DNA of 32,909 nt, taken from positions 1 through 32,909 of the forward strand of contig JBDTMS010000001.1 in NCBI GenBank assembly GCA_039934195.1. The letters are read 5' to 3'. The notes beneath the pieces were generated by a model. It made no database searches and was not told the origin of the DNA. It saw only the letters and a list, made by a program, of their open reading frames with translations. Within the stretch, counting starts at the first letter, position 1. The number at the start of each line of letters is the position of its first letter. A program made the position numbers and the translations under genes. Shown here in pieces: positions 25,743-32,909 of this stretch. The stretch comes from Betaproteobacteria bacterium (GTDB lineage: Bacteria; Pseudomonadota; Gammaproteobacteria; Burkholderiales; SHXO01).

Positions 25743-26086
25743 TGGAAGTTGTCGTCGCGCTTGCCATCGGCGTGCTGACGGCTTCGGGCGTGTGGCTGCT
25801 GCTGCGCCCGCGTACTTTTCAAGTGATAGCGGGAATGTCTCTACTGTCGTATGCGGTCAATCTGTTCATCTTCAGCATGGGGCGCCTGTCGATCGACAAG
25901 GAACCTCTGCTGCAGCCGGGCGTGCCGCAAGATCTGCTTCACTACACCGACCCGCTGCCGCAAGCGCTGGTGTTGACTGCAATCGTCATCAGCTTTGCCA
26001 TGACCGGGCTGTTCCTGGTGATGCTGCTGGCATCGCGCGGACTGACCGGGACCGACCATGTCGATGGCGACAAAAGCGACATATGA
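25742..26086 (+). CDS. mrpC: Monovalent cation/H+ antiporter subunit C
   Basis: MEVVVALAIGVLTASGVWLLLRPRTFQVIAGMSLLSYAVNLFIF is NuoK-like. The ATG overlaps the mrpA stop (TGATG). Confidence 0.9.
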   Translation: MEVVVALAIGVLTASGVWLLLRPRTFQVIAGMSLLSYAVNLFIFSMGRLSIDKEPLLQPGVPQDLLHYTDPLPQALVLTAIVISFAMTGLFLVMLLASRGLTGTDHVDGDKSDI

Positions 26087-27774
26087 GCGGCTGGCCGGCG
26101 CATCTGATTATCACGCCCATTCTTCTGCCGCTACTCAGCGCCATCGTCATGCTGTTGCTGGGCGAGCGGCGGCGATGGAAAGGGGCGGTCAGCGTAGCAT
26201 CGAGCATGCTCGGCTTGCTCGTGGCGATCGCGCTGCTCGGTATGGTCAATTCGAGTCGTGTGCCTGCGGTGATCGGGGTCTACCTGCCGTCGAACTGGGA
26301 CGTGCCGTTCGGCATCGTGCTGGCAGTCGACCGGTTGTCAGCACTGATGCTCGTGCTGAGCGCAATCATCGGTCTGTGCTCGGTGCTGTTCTCGCTTGCC
26401 CGCTGGGATCGCGGTGGCGTGCACTTTCACCCGTTGCTGCAAATACAACTGATGGGTCTGAACGGGGCTTTTCTCACCGGCGATCTATTCAATCTGTTCG
26501 TGTTCTTCGAAGTGCTGCTGGCAGCGTCTTACGGCCTGCTGCTGCACGGATCAGGACGCGCGCGCGTTCTATCGGGGATGCACTACATCGCAGTCAACTT
26601 GCTGGCGTCCTCGCTGTTTCTGATCGGAGCGGCGCTGATCTACGGGGTCGCCGGCACTCTCAACATGGCCGACCTCGCGCAGAAGATTCCGCAAGTCGCC
26701 CAGGCCGACCGCGGGCTGCTCCACGCGGGGGCGGCGATTCTTGCAATTGCCTTCCTAACCAAAGCGGCAATGTGGCCGCTCAACTTCTGGCTGGTGCCGG
26801 CGTACACAGCGGCGAGCGCGCCGGTCGCGGCATTGTTCGCCATCATGACCAAAGTCGGGGTCTACACGGTGCTGCGCCTGTGGACGTTGCTCTTCTCAGC
26901 GCACGCCGGCGCGTCCGCGCTGTTTGGGGCCGACGTACTGATCTATGGCGGCCTCGCCACACTCGCTTTCGGCACCGCGGGCTTGCTCGCGTCTCAGAAG
27001 TTGGGCCGGCTGGCGAGTTTCAGCACCATCGTCTCCGCCGGCACTTTGCTGGCGGCCATCGGGTTCGGACAGGCGGCACTCACCGCAGCCGCGCTGTTTT
27101 ACTTGCTGACCTCGACGTTGGCGATCAGCGCTATGTTTCTGCTGGTCGAGCTCATCGAGCGCTCGCGGCAAGCGCCATCGATGCTGCTGGTAGACGAGGC
27201 CGACGAGATGCCTTTCCCGCCCGAGCCGCTGCACCCGGCACGCGACGTTAATCTGGACGATCAGCAGCGAGTCGTGATCGGCACAGCGATTCCAGCCGCG
27301 CTGGTTTTCCTGGGAGTGAGCTTCATCGCTTGTGCATTGTTGATCGCAGGCTTGCCGCCTTTCTCCGGCTTCCTCGCCAAGTTCAGCATGCTTTCAGCAT
27401 TGCTCAATCCGTTTGGCTTAGGCCACACAGGCGTAGCTGCAGCGATCACCGGCCGCGGCTGGATGCTGCTGGCATTGATCATCGCCTCGGGCCTGCTGTC
27501 GATGATCGCGCTGTCGCGCGCCGGCATCCGCTACTTCTGGTCGCCGCAAAATCGTTTGGAGCCGCGCCTGAGCATCGTCGAATGCTTGCCGATTGTCGCG
27601 CTGCTCGTCGCGTGCGCCTTGCTTACCATTCGCGCCGATCCGGTGATGCGCTATGCACAGGCCACGGCGGATGCCCTGCAGCAGCCATCGCACTACATCG
27701 ACGCGGTAATGTCAGCCAGGCCGGTGCCCAATCCCCCTGGACTGACGGCAATTGGCGCGGGGGCCGTTAAGTGA
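26083..27774 (+). CDS. mrpD: Monovalent cation/H+ antiporter subunit D
   Basis: 563-aa NuoM/N-like protein (DLFNLFVFFEVLLAASYGLL). ATGA overlap with mrpC. Confidence 0.93.
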   Translation: MSGWPAHLIITPILLPLLSAIVMLLLGERRRWKGAVSVASSMLGLLVAIALLGMVNSSRVPAVIGVYLPSNWDVPFGIVLAVDRLSALMLVLSAIIGLCSVLFSLARWDRGGVHFHPLLQIQLMGLNGAFLTGDLFNLFVFFEVLLAASYGLLLHGSGRARVLSGMHYIAVNLLASSLFLIGAALIYGVAGTLNMADLAQKIPQVAQADRGLLHAGAAILAIAFLTKAAMWPLNFWLVPAYTAASAPVAALFAIMTKVGVYTVLRLWTLLFSAHAGASALFGADVLIYGGLATLAFGTAGLLASQKLGRLASFSTIVSAGTLLAAIGFGQAALTAAALFYLLTSTLAISAMFLLVELIERSRQAPSMLLVDEADEMPFPPEPLHPARDVNLDDQQRVVIGTAIPAALVFLGVSFIACALLIAGLPPFSGFLAKFSMLSALLNPFGLGHTGVAAAITGRGWMLLALIIASGLLSMIALSRAGIRYFWSPQNRLEPRLSIVECLPIVALLVACALLTIRADPVMRYAQATADALQQPSHYIDAVMSARPVPNPPGLTAIGAGAVK

Positions 27775-28262
27775 TCAAGCGCTGGTTGCCGTCCCCGCTG
27801 CTATCCGTTGGTTTGTTCGCACTGTGGCTCGTGCTCAATCAATCTTTGAGCATCGATCACCTGCTGCTTGCCGGGGTGCTGGGTCTGCTGGTGCCCAGAA
27901 TCACAGCTCCGCTGCGCCCGATTCACTCGCGCATCCGCCGTCCAACTGTGCTCGCGCATCTCATTCTTGCGGTCGGAATGGATGTGATCACATCGAGTGT
28001 CCAGGTTGCGTGGGGCGTCTTGCGTTCGCATTGGCGCGGGCCTAACGGCGCCTTCGTAAGAATACCGCTCGAGCTGCGCGATCCCAGTGCGCTCGCCGCG
28101 CTGGCCGTTATCACGACCGTCGTTCCCGGAACCGTCTGGTCGGAGCTGGCGCTCGACCACAGCGTGTTGCTGGTGCATGTCTTCGACCTGAAAGATGAGG
28201 CCGCATTCGTCGCGCACTACAAGGCACGGTATGAACGATCGTTGCAGGAGATCTTCGAATGA
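27771..28262 (+). CDS. mrpE: Monovalent cation/H+ antiporter subunit E
   Basis: 163 aa. Position in the operon, a GTG start overlapping the mrpD stop, and an MrpE-like sequence (ITTVVPGTVWSEL). Confidence 0.85.
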   Translation: MIKRWLPSPLLSVGLFALWLVLNQSLSIDHLLLAGVLGLLVPRITAPLRPIHSRIRRPTVLAHLILAVGMDVITSSVQVAWGVLRSHWRGPNGAFVRIPLELRDPSALAALAVITTVVPGTVWSELALDHSVLLVHVFDLKDEAAFVAHYKARYERSLQEIFE

Positions 28263-28537
28263 GCATGCTGTTGTCCGCAGCTATTTTTCTGGCGCTCTCG
28301 TGTTTTGTGGTCGCCATGACCTTGACCGCGCCGCGGCTGTTCCGAGGCCCGACCGCACAGGATCGCGTGCTGGCATTAGACTATTTGTACATCAACGGCC
28401 TGCTGATCATTCTTACCTTGGGGATTCGCTACGCCAGCAACATGTACTTCGAAGTTGCGCTGCTGATCGCCGTGTTCGGCTTTGTCAGTTCCACGGCGAT
28501 GGCGAAGTTCCTGTTGCGCGGCGAGGTGATCGAATGA
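28259..28537 (+). CDS. mrpF: Monovalent cation/H+ antiporter subunit F
   Basis: 92 aa. GPTAQDRVLALDYL...FVSSTAMAKFL is typical of MrpF. ATGA overlap with mrpE. Confidence 0.85.
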   Translation: MSMLLSAAIFLALSCFVVAMTLTAPRLFRGPTAQDRVLALDYLYINGLLIILTLGIRYASNMYFEVALLIAVFGFVSSTAMAKFLLRGEVIE

Positions 28538-28920
28538 GCACGTCGTCCGTGCCGCTCTGGATCGAAGCGTTGGCGGCCGTGTTGTTGGTCGCCGGCGGGT
28601 TGTTCTCATTGATTGGGGCACTGGGGCTGCTGCGCATGAAGGGCTTCTTCCTCCGAATGCATGCTTCGGCGCTGGCCAATACCATCGGCGCTTGGTGTGT
28701 GACGTTCGCGTCGATTCTGTATTTTTCTGCGCTCGAATCGCGGCTCGCCATTCACGCCTGGGCGATCATCGTCTTGCTCTCGATAACGGTGCCGGTCACG
28801 ACCGTCCTGTTGGCGCGCACCGCGTTGTTCCGCAAACGTCAGGCGGGCGCGGACGTACCGTCGCCGCTCGGCCGCGTCGACGAACCTTATCGTCTCAAAA
28901 ATGGAGCCCGCACAGAATAA
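28534..28920 (+). CDS. mrpG: Monovalent cation/H+ antiporter subunit G
   Basis: 128 aa. LFSLIGALGLLRMKGFFLRMHASALANTIG is typical of MrpG. ATGA overlap with mrpF. Confidence 0.85.
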   Translation: MSTSSVPLWIEALAAVLLVAGGLFSLIGALGLLRMKGFFLRMHASALANTIGAWCVTFASILYFSALESRLAIHAWAIIVLLSITVPVTTVLLARTALFRKRQAGADVPSPLGRVDEPYRLKNGARTE

Positions 28921-29001
28921 AACCGGTCGTCTACCGGGTAACACGCGCCGTCGCGCTCGACGCGTCTTCACGCATGTATTGACCGTCTGCCCCCGGCGCA
29001 A

Positions 29002-29120
29002 CTATGCCGGTAGGTCTGTAGACGACGGCTGAAACAACGCGCGGGGTGCACAACTTGGCCCAAATCGGCCTGTTTGAGAATGGCCAGGATTTGCGTTTCG
29101 GTAAATCGAGACCTCTTCAT
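29002..29120 (-). mobile_element. IS3-family orfA N-terminal stub, frameshifted and truncated
   Basis: AGGAG then ATG 29120 gives MKRSRFTETQILAILKQADLGQ..., the IS3/IS911 OrfA HTH N-terminus. It continues out of frame as ...CAPRALFQPSS. The rest of the element is absent. Confidence 0.5.
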
Positions 29121-29144
29121 TCGAATCTCCTAGCGTTAAAATGC

Positions 29145-29455
29145 TGACCTCACCCCAAAAAACTGGACAAGGCAAAGCCATAAAAAATTGGCGATACTTT
29201 TCTGAAGAAAGGAGATCGCAGATGAAGAAGTTGAAATTCAGTGAGGAGAAAATTGCCTTCGCTTTGCACCAGGCCGATACCGGCACGTCGATTCGAAGAA
29301 GTGTGCCGCAGAGCCGGCGTCTCGCCAAGCCACGTTCTACGCCTGGAAGAAGAAGTATGCAGGGCTGGGGGTGCCGGAGCTGCGGCGGCTCAAGCAACTT
29401 GAGGAGGAGAATTGAAAGCTCAAACAGTTGGTCACCGATCTGAGCTTGGACAGAG
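29145..29455 (+). mobile_element. IS3-family left end (IRL-like TGACCTCACCCC...) plus orfA pseudogene (frameshift and in-frame TGA); orfB is absent
   Basis: A TG-initiated terminal sequence is followed by GGAG and ATG 29221, giving MKKLKFSEEKIAFALHQADTGTSI. After a frame change it reads EEVCRRAGVSQATFYAWKKKYAGLGVPELRRLKQLEEEN*KLKQLVTDLSLDR, a classic IS3 OrfA leucine-zipper region. Confidence 0.7.
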
Positions 29456-29548
29456 TAGCGATAGGCCACAAGATACTCGAACTGCGAGCAAATAATGTGC
29501 GCCAAATTTATGGGACACCACACTATTTGCGCTTGAATTACCAGCACC

Positions 29549-29590
29549 GATCAGCGATCACTGATCACCGATCACTGATCACTGATCACC
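29549..29590. repeat. Six tandem heptamers GATCA[C/G][C/T], giving six GATC sites in 42 bp
   Basis: Units: GATCAGC GATCACT GATCACC GATCACT GATCACT GATCACC. The array ends 55 bp upstream of the mazG-like GTG. Confidence 0.95.
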
Positions 29591-29645
29591 GAGGTTAAGT
29601 CGCTATACTTGTATCGTTGACAGCGACAACGGAAAGGACTGAGCG

Positions 29646-30002
29646 GTGCAGACATTCGGGGATTTACAGGCTGTGCGCGAGCGATTGCGCGAATTCGTGG
29701 CGGAACGCGACTGGGACCAGTTCCACAACCCGAAGAATCTCGCCAGCGCGGTGATGGTAGAAGCCGCCGAGCTGCTCGAGCACTTTCAGTGGCTCACAGC
29801 AGAAGAAAGCGCGTCCCTGCCAGCCAGCACGCATGCGGAAGTCGAGCTGGAAGTCGCCGATGTATTGCTGTTCGTGTTTCGCCTATGCGACAAACTCGAC
29901 ATCGATCCCATGCAAGCCTGCGCGAAAAAGCTGGTCTTGAACGCTGAGAAATATCCGGTGGAAAAATCGAAAGGCCTGCGCACTAAGTACGACAAGCTCT
30001 AA
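29646..30002 (+). CDS. MazG-like nucleotide pyrophosphohydrolase (small all-alpha NTP-PPase)
   Basis: 118 aa. REFVAERDWDQFHNPKNLASAVMVEAAELLEHFQW...ELEVADVLLFVFRLCDKLDIDP. GTG start with GGAAAGGA upstream. Confidence 0.85.
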   Translation: MQTFGDLQAVRERLREFVAERDWDQFHNPKNLASAVMVEAAELLEHFQWLTAEESASLPASTHAEVELEVADVLLFVFRLCDKLDIDPMQACAKKLVLNAEKYPVEKSKGLRTKYDKL

Positions 30003-30031
30003 AGATCAAGATGGGTTCAGAATTAATCATA

Positions 30032-30045
30032 GATCACCGATCACC
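30032..30045. repeat. Two tandem GATCACC heptamers, the same unit as the array at 29549
   Basis: Seen directly, 30 bp after the mazG-like stop. Confidence 0.9.
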
Positions 30046-30118
30046 GCTTTCAAATCAGCGAAGGCCTGCGGCAATTCCCTAGGCCCGAGTCCCTAGCCCC
30101 CAGCCCCTGCAGTCAGAC

Positions 30119-30961
30119 ATGCTTGCCTACCGCCACCTGTTCCACGCCGGCAACTTCGCGGACGTATTCAAGCACACGCTGCTCACGCGCCTGCTGCTTC
30201 TACTCACGCGCAAAGATGCGGCGCTGTGTTATCTCGACACGCACGCAGGCATCGGCCGCTACGATCTCACGCACGAGTGGGCGCAGAAGCTGAAGGAATA
30301 CGAGGACGGCATCGGCCGCTTGTGGGACCGCAAGGATTTTCCGGAGCTGCTGCATCCGTACATTGCAGCAGTGCGTGCCGAGAACAGCGATGGCCGTCTG
30401 CACTACTATCCAGGCTCGCCGCGCATCGCGCGCCGACTGCTGCGCAGCCAGGACCGCATGGTGCTCAACGAGTTGAACAAAGACGACTGCAAGCGGCTGA
30501 CCGAGCGGTTTCGCAGCGATGCGCAAGTGCAGGTGCATTGCCAGGACGGTTATGAAGCCCTGCGCGCGTACCTGCCGCCACGCGAGCGTCGCGGATTGGT
30601 ATTGGTCGATTCGTCGTTCGATCGGTCGGGAGAGTTCGATCGCATGACCGAAGGCTGGCTCGCCGGTTATACGCGCTGGGCGACCGGCGTTTATGCGCTC
30701 TGGTATCCGTTGATGGAGCCAATGGCGATGCATGCGTTCGAACGCGGAATGATCGCGACCGGCGTACGGAAGATTTTGCAGGTCGAGCTTTCTATCTTGC
30801 CGCAGGGGTGGAATCAGGGATTGCGCGGCTGTGGCATGCTGGTGATCAATCCGCCGTTTGGTTTCGAAGTGGAGGCGAAGACGATTCTGGATTGGTTATG
30901 GCCGTTGTTGAACGAAGAAGAGCAGGGCGGTGTACGCGTCCGCTGGCTCGTGCCCGAGTGA
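30119..30961 (+). CDS. rlmJ: 23S rRNA (adenine2030-N6)-methyltransferase
   Basis: MLAYRHLFHAGNFADVFKHTLL...YLDTHAGIGRYDL...YPGSP...LVLVDSSFD...YALWYP closely parallels RlmJ (YhiR). Confidence 0.92.
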   Translation: MLAYRHLFHAGNFADVFKHTLLTRLLLLLTRKDAALCYLDTHAGIGRYDLTHEWAQKLKEYEDGIGRLWDRKDFPELLHPYIAAVRAENSDGRLHYYPGSPRIARRLLRSQDRMVLNELNKDDCKRLTERFRSDAQVQVHCQDGYEALRAYLPPRERRGLVLVDSSFDRSGEFDRMTEGWLAGYTRWATGVYALWYPLMEPMAMHAFERGMIATGVRKILQVELSILPQGWNQGLRGCGMLVINPPFGFEVEAKTILDWLWPLLNEEEQGGVRVRWLVPE

Positions 30962-30991
30962 ATCTAATGGCTCGTGCCCGAGTAAATCTAG
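30944..30991. repeat. 24-bp tandem duplication spanning the rlmJ stop codon
   Basis: TGGCTCGTGCCCGAGTGAATCTAA is followed directly by TGGCTCGTGCCCGAGTAAATCTAG, with 2 differences. Confidence 0.9.
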
Positions 30992-31001
30992 ACGCTGCCC
31001 G

Positions 31002-31142
31002 ATGAGCAAACCCGCAGGCCCCGGTGTTAAGGCACGGTCGAAGCGACCGGCAACGTTGCGACCGGTGCGCAATCCACAGTCGACGGCGCAGACGCGCAAG
31101 GTGCTCGCCAAGCACTACCGCGCGAAACACGGTGTGCGCTAA
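31002..31142 (+). CDS. Possible small, very basic protein (46 aa)
   Basis: MSKPAGPGVKARSKRPATLRPVRNPQSTAQTRKVLAKHYRAKHGVR. Third-position GC is fairly high. No Shine-Dalgarno and no recognised family. Confidence 0.2.
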   Translation: MSKPAGPGVKARSKRPATLRPVRNPQSTAQTRKVLAKHYRAKHGVR

Positions 31143-31209
31143 CGCGCAAACCCGCAGCTAGCGATTCTCATCGCGTGCTTTCGCCCCCGATACGTTCGAG
31201 CAATCCGAT

Positions 31210-32742
31210 ATGAACATCGCACATCTTCTACTGCGTGCCGCACGCACGTATCCCGAGCGTCCCGCCGTGTCGCTGGGTGCCACGGTCATCGCCACTTATG
31301 CGCAGATGCTTCATCGCGCGATGGCACTCGCCGCCGGCATGCGATCCGAGCTCGATTTGCAGCCGGGCGATTGCGTTGCGCTGATCATGGCGAATTGCCC
31401 TGAGTATCTGGAGATTTTGTACGCCACCTGGCTAGCCGGCCTGACTGCGGTGCCGATCAATGCCAAGCTGCATCCGGAAGAGGCGGCGTACATTCTCGAA
31501 CACGCCGCCGCGCACACTTGTTTCGTCAGCGCCGATCTGCACGCCTCGATAGCGGCGCTGCAGAACCGAATCCCGCAACTCTCGCGCGTGATCGACGTGC
31601 CGTCGCGCGCGTACGAGGCGTTGTGCGAAAGCGGCGAGATCGAGCCGCACGCATCGCGACCCGATGACGTCGCGTGGCTGTTCTACACCAGCGGCACGAC
31701 TGGCCGGCCGAAGGGCGTGATGATCACGCATCGGAACGTGATGGCGATGACGCTTTGTTACTTCGCCGATGTCGATCAGATCGCGGCAAACGAGTGCGTG
31801 CTGCACGCCGCACCGATGTCGCACGGCTCGGGCATGTATAACTTTCCGCATGTGCTGCGCGGTGCGAATCAGGTGATTCCCGCGCACGGCCATTTCGATC
31901 CCGGCGAGATCGTGAGTTTATGCAACCACTGGAGCGGCGTCGCGTTCTTCGCCGCGCCGACGATGGTGCGGCGTCTGGTGCTGCATCTCGAGCAGCATCC
32001 GGCTGCGCTTCCCGGTCTCAAGACAATCATCTACGGCGGCGGTCCGATGTATCGCACCGATATTCAACAGGCGCTCAAGATCATCGGCGACAAGTTCGTG
32101 CAGATCTTCGGGCAGGGCGAATGTCCGATGGCGATCACCTCGCTCACGCGCGAGCAGATTTCCGATCGTTCGCAGCTGCGTTGGGAAGATCGGCTGGCTT
32201 CGGTGGGAACTGCTCAATCGGCGGTGGAAGTGATGGTGGCCGACGAACATGACCAGCCGCTGTCTGCGGGTGAGATCGGTGAGGTACTGGTGCGCGGCGA
32301 TATCGTGATGAAAGGCTACTGGCGCGATCCGGAAGCCACCGCAGCGACGTTGCGCAACGGTTGGCTGCACACGGGCGATGTCGGCTCGATCGACGATGAC
32401 GGTTTTCTCACACTGCGCGATCGCTCGAAAGACATGATCATCAGCGGCGGTTCGAACGTTTATCCGCGCGAAGTCGAGGAAGTGCTGCTGCGTCACCCGG
32501 CGGTGGTGGAAGTGTCGGTCGTCAGCCGGCCGCACGCCGATTGGGTCGAGGAGATTGTCGCGTTCGTTGTATGTCATGCGGGAATGCATCTCGCCGAAAG
32601 CGAGCTCGACGATCTGTGTCTGCGCAACATCGCGCGCTTCAAACGGCCGCGCGCCTATCGTTTTGTCGACAGCCTGCCGAAGAACAATTACGGCAAAGTG
32701 TTGAAGACGGAATTGCGCGAGCGCTTGCGCGCGGAAACGTGA
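31210..32742 (+). CDS. AMP-dependent synthetase/ligase (acyl-CoA synthetase family)
   Basis: 510 aa. AMP-binding motif FYTSGTTGRPKGVMITHRN, plus GEIGEVLVRGDIVMKGYW, TGDVG..DDDGFL.L.DRSKDMIISGG.NVYPREVE and the C-terminal GKVLK. Confidence 0.92.
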   Translation: MNIAHLLLRAARTYPERPAVSLGATVIATYAQMLHRAMALAAGMRSELDLQPGDCVALIMANCPEYLEILYATWLAGLTAVPINAKLHPEEAAYILEHAAAHTCFVSADLHASIAALQNRIPQLSRVIDVPSRAYEALCESGEIEPHASRPDDVAWLFYTSGTTGRPKGVMITHRNVMAMTLCYFADVDQIAANECVLHAAPMSHGSGMYNFPHVLRGANQVIPAHGHFDPGEIVSLCNHWSGVAFFAAPTMVRRLVLHLEQHPAALPGLKTIIYGGGPMYRTDIQQALKIIGDKFVQIFGQGECPMAITSLTREQISDRSQLRWEDRLASVGTAQSAVEVMVADEHDQPLSAGEIGEVLVRGDIVMKGYWRDPEATAATLRNGWLHTGDVGSIDDDGFLTLRDRSKDMIISGGSNVYPREVEEVLLRHPAVVEVSVVSRPHADWVEEIVAFVVCHAGMHLAESELDDLCLRNIARFKRPRAYRFVDSLPKNNYGKVLKTELRERLRAET

Positions 32743-32754
32743 CGGGAAAATCGG

Positions 32755-32907
32755 CTAGCGTTTCTGTCCGGCGCCAGAACTAAGCTGACGCACGGCGAAA
32801 TGCAGCACCACGCCGAGGCGCGGCGGCAAAACATCATCCGCCTCGTCCGCCGTCACCCAGCGGTATTCGTAGTCTTCCAGACCGCCATCGCCGGATGGAA
32901 CGCGCAG
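32755..32907 (-). CDS. 3' end of a CDS running in from beyond the window, possibly a NUDIX hydrolase C-terminus
   Basis: The minus frame reads ...LRVPSGDGGLEDYEYRWVTADEADDVLPPRLGVVLHFAVRQLSSGAGQKR*. The E..E.RWV...E pattern is NUDIX-like, but only 50 residues are visible. Confidence 0.3.
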   Translation of the reverse strand: MRVPSGDGGLEDYEYRWVTADEADDVLPPRLGVVLHFAVRQLSSGAGQKR

Positions 32908-32909
32908 CT

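Noticed and set aside
27981-27994. Perfect 14-bp palindrome GATGTGATCACATC.
   Set aside because: It lies inside the mrpE coding sequence (MDVITSS) and has no partner sites, so it is probably a coincidental consequence of the coding sequence.
29221-29455. Possibility of an active IS3 element with programmed -1 frameshifting.
   Set aside because: orfA has a frameshift and a TGA. There is no orfB/DDE domain and no right inverted repeat, so only a remnant is present.
29549-30045. Heptamer arrays considered as a possible CRISPR or miniature array.
   Set aside because: The units are 7 nt and directly abutting with no spacers, and there are no cas genes. This is a simple tandem repeat, not a CRISPR.

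Overview
High-GC (roughly 60%+) bacterial chromosomal window, with gene content that looks proteobacterial (RlmJ, Rnk, fused MrpA/B). Coding is clear for about 30 genes. (i) A pentose-phosphate block: tal, a dead pgi head, then tkt. (ii) Small redox and regulator genes: AhpD-like CMD protein, MarR, LysR, a cytochrome P460 gene and a decayed second copy, and an AlkA-like glycosylase. (iii) A stress block: three Usp genes (two with tandem domains), a CBS-pair protein and a complete six-gene mrp/pha cation:proton antiporter operon with overlapping start/stop codons. (iv) A pterin/folate-flavoured cluster: a Rieske-FAD oxidoreductase, a FolP2-like DHPS homologue and a RibD_C-type reductase. (v) DUF488, DUF2249, a GH144/glucoamylase-like protein and Rnk. 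(vi) A MazG-like pyrophosphohydrolase, RlmJ and an acyl-CoA synthetase. The most striking general property is decay. There is an in-frame TAA in pgi followed by truncation, an in-frame TAG in the 5-FTHF cyclo-ligase gene and a 1-nt frameshift in the P460 gene. There is also a degraded P460 paralogue, a multiply frameshifted IS630-type transposase ghost, two head-to-head IS3 orfA stubs and several 300-630 bp stretches with no credible ORF. I do not see hallmarks of a defined novel multi-gene system: no CRISPR, no obvious defence nucleases, helicases or reverse transcriptases, and no toxin-antitoxin pairs. The items most worth a second look are the non-canonical FolP2-like/RibD_C/Rieske-FAD cluster, the GATC-containing heptamer arrays bracketing the mazG-like gene, a recurring TATCAN-N3-GTGATA palindrome at three sites, and the long structured leader of the mrp operon. 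All homology calls come from reading the translations by eye. No database search was run.
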